A DNA stretch of 63,085 nt, counting the filler, from Sphacelaria rigidula (Eukaryota), in the NCBI GenBank assembly GCA_964200075.2. It is 6 parts of 6 records of this genome, joined end to end, with 100 filler letters (N's around TTAATTAATTAA, not from the genome) between each part and the next. Parts side by side here need not be neighbours in the genome. Positions count along the whole stretch, not along the records: positions 52,657 to 63,085 come from CAXNAA020006508.1; 5 more parts are not named here. The stretch is one strand, 5' to 3'. Positions 62,989 to 63,085 of the stretch are shown here, piece after piece. Under the pieces are notes generated by a model. The model made no database searches, was not told the origin of the DNA, and saw nothing but the letters and a program-made list of their open reading frames with translations. The position numbers and the translations under genes are program-made. How positions within the stretch are numbered: position 1 is the first letter of the stretch; every line of letters begins with the position of its first letter.

Positions 62989-63079
62989 TGTGACGGTTTA
63001 AGAGACAACCAACTACACTACTGACAAGTCAGCGCTGACTTGGTCAGTAGTCTAGTTGGTTGTCTCATAAACCGTCACA
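62989..63079. repeat. 91-bp near-perfect palindrome with TGT...ACA ends
   Basis: Arms differ by two substitutions and one indel around the centre AGCGCT. Confidence 0.92.
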
Positions 63080-63085
63080 AAAGTT

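Overview
Eukaryotic, intron-rich genomic DNA. Gene style and repeat families suggest a brown alga or related stramenopile; this is an inference. The window is not one locus. It is six contigs of 10433, 10432, 10431, 10430, 10430 and 10429 bp joined by identical 100-bp N44-TTAATTAATTAA-N44 spacers, so they appear to be size-sorted unplaced contigs. Host genes: a complete 8-exon 60S ribosomal protein L3 (uL3, 390 aa); a tesmin/TSO1/LIN54-type double-CXC gene (5' part missing); two exons of an RSPH14/RSP14-like armadillo radial-spoke protein; ankyrin-repeat exons head-to-head with RPL3; and a beta-propeller repeat gene built of phase-0 blade-sized exons. The rest is mostly decayed mobile DNA: APE-type LINEs, a CRE/R2-type endonuclease fragment split by an RT-less Copia element, a second Copia pol relic, tRNA-derived SINEs and several MITEs. 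The most striking pattern is a family of non-autonomous DNA transposons with CACACGTC termini, one with a perfect 8-bp target-site duplication (TSD). Its members carry different internal arrays that keep a 42-44-bp period, and one array is a CRISPR-like hairpin array.
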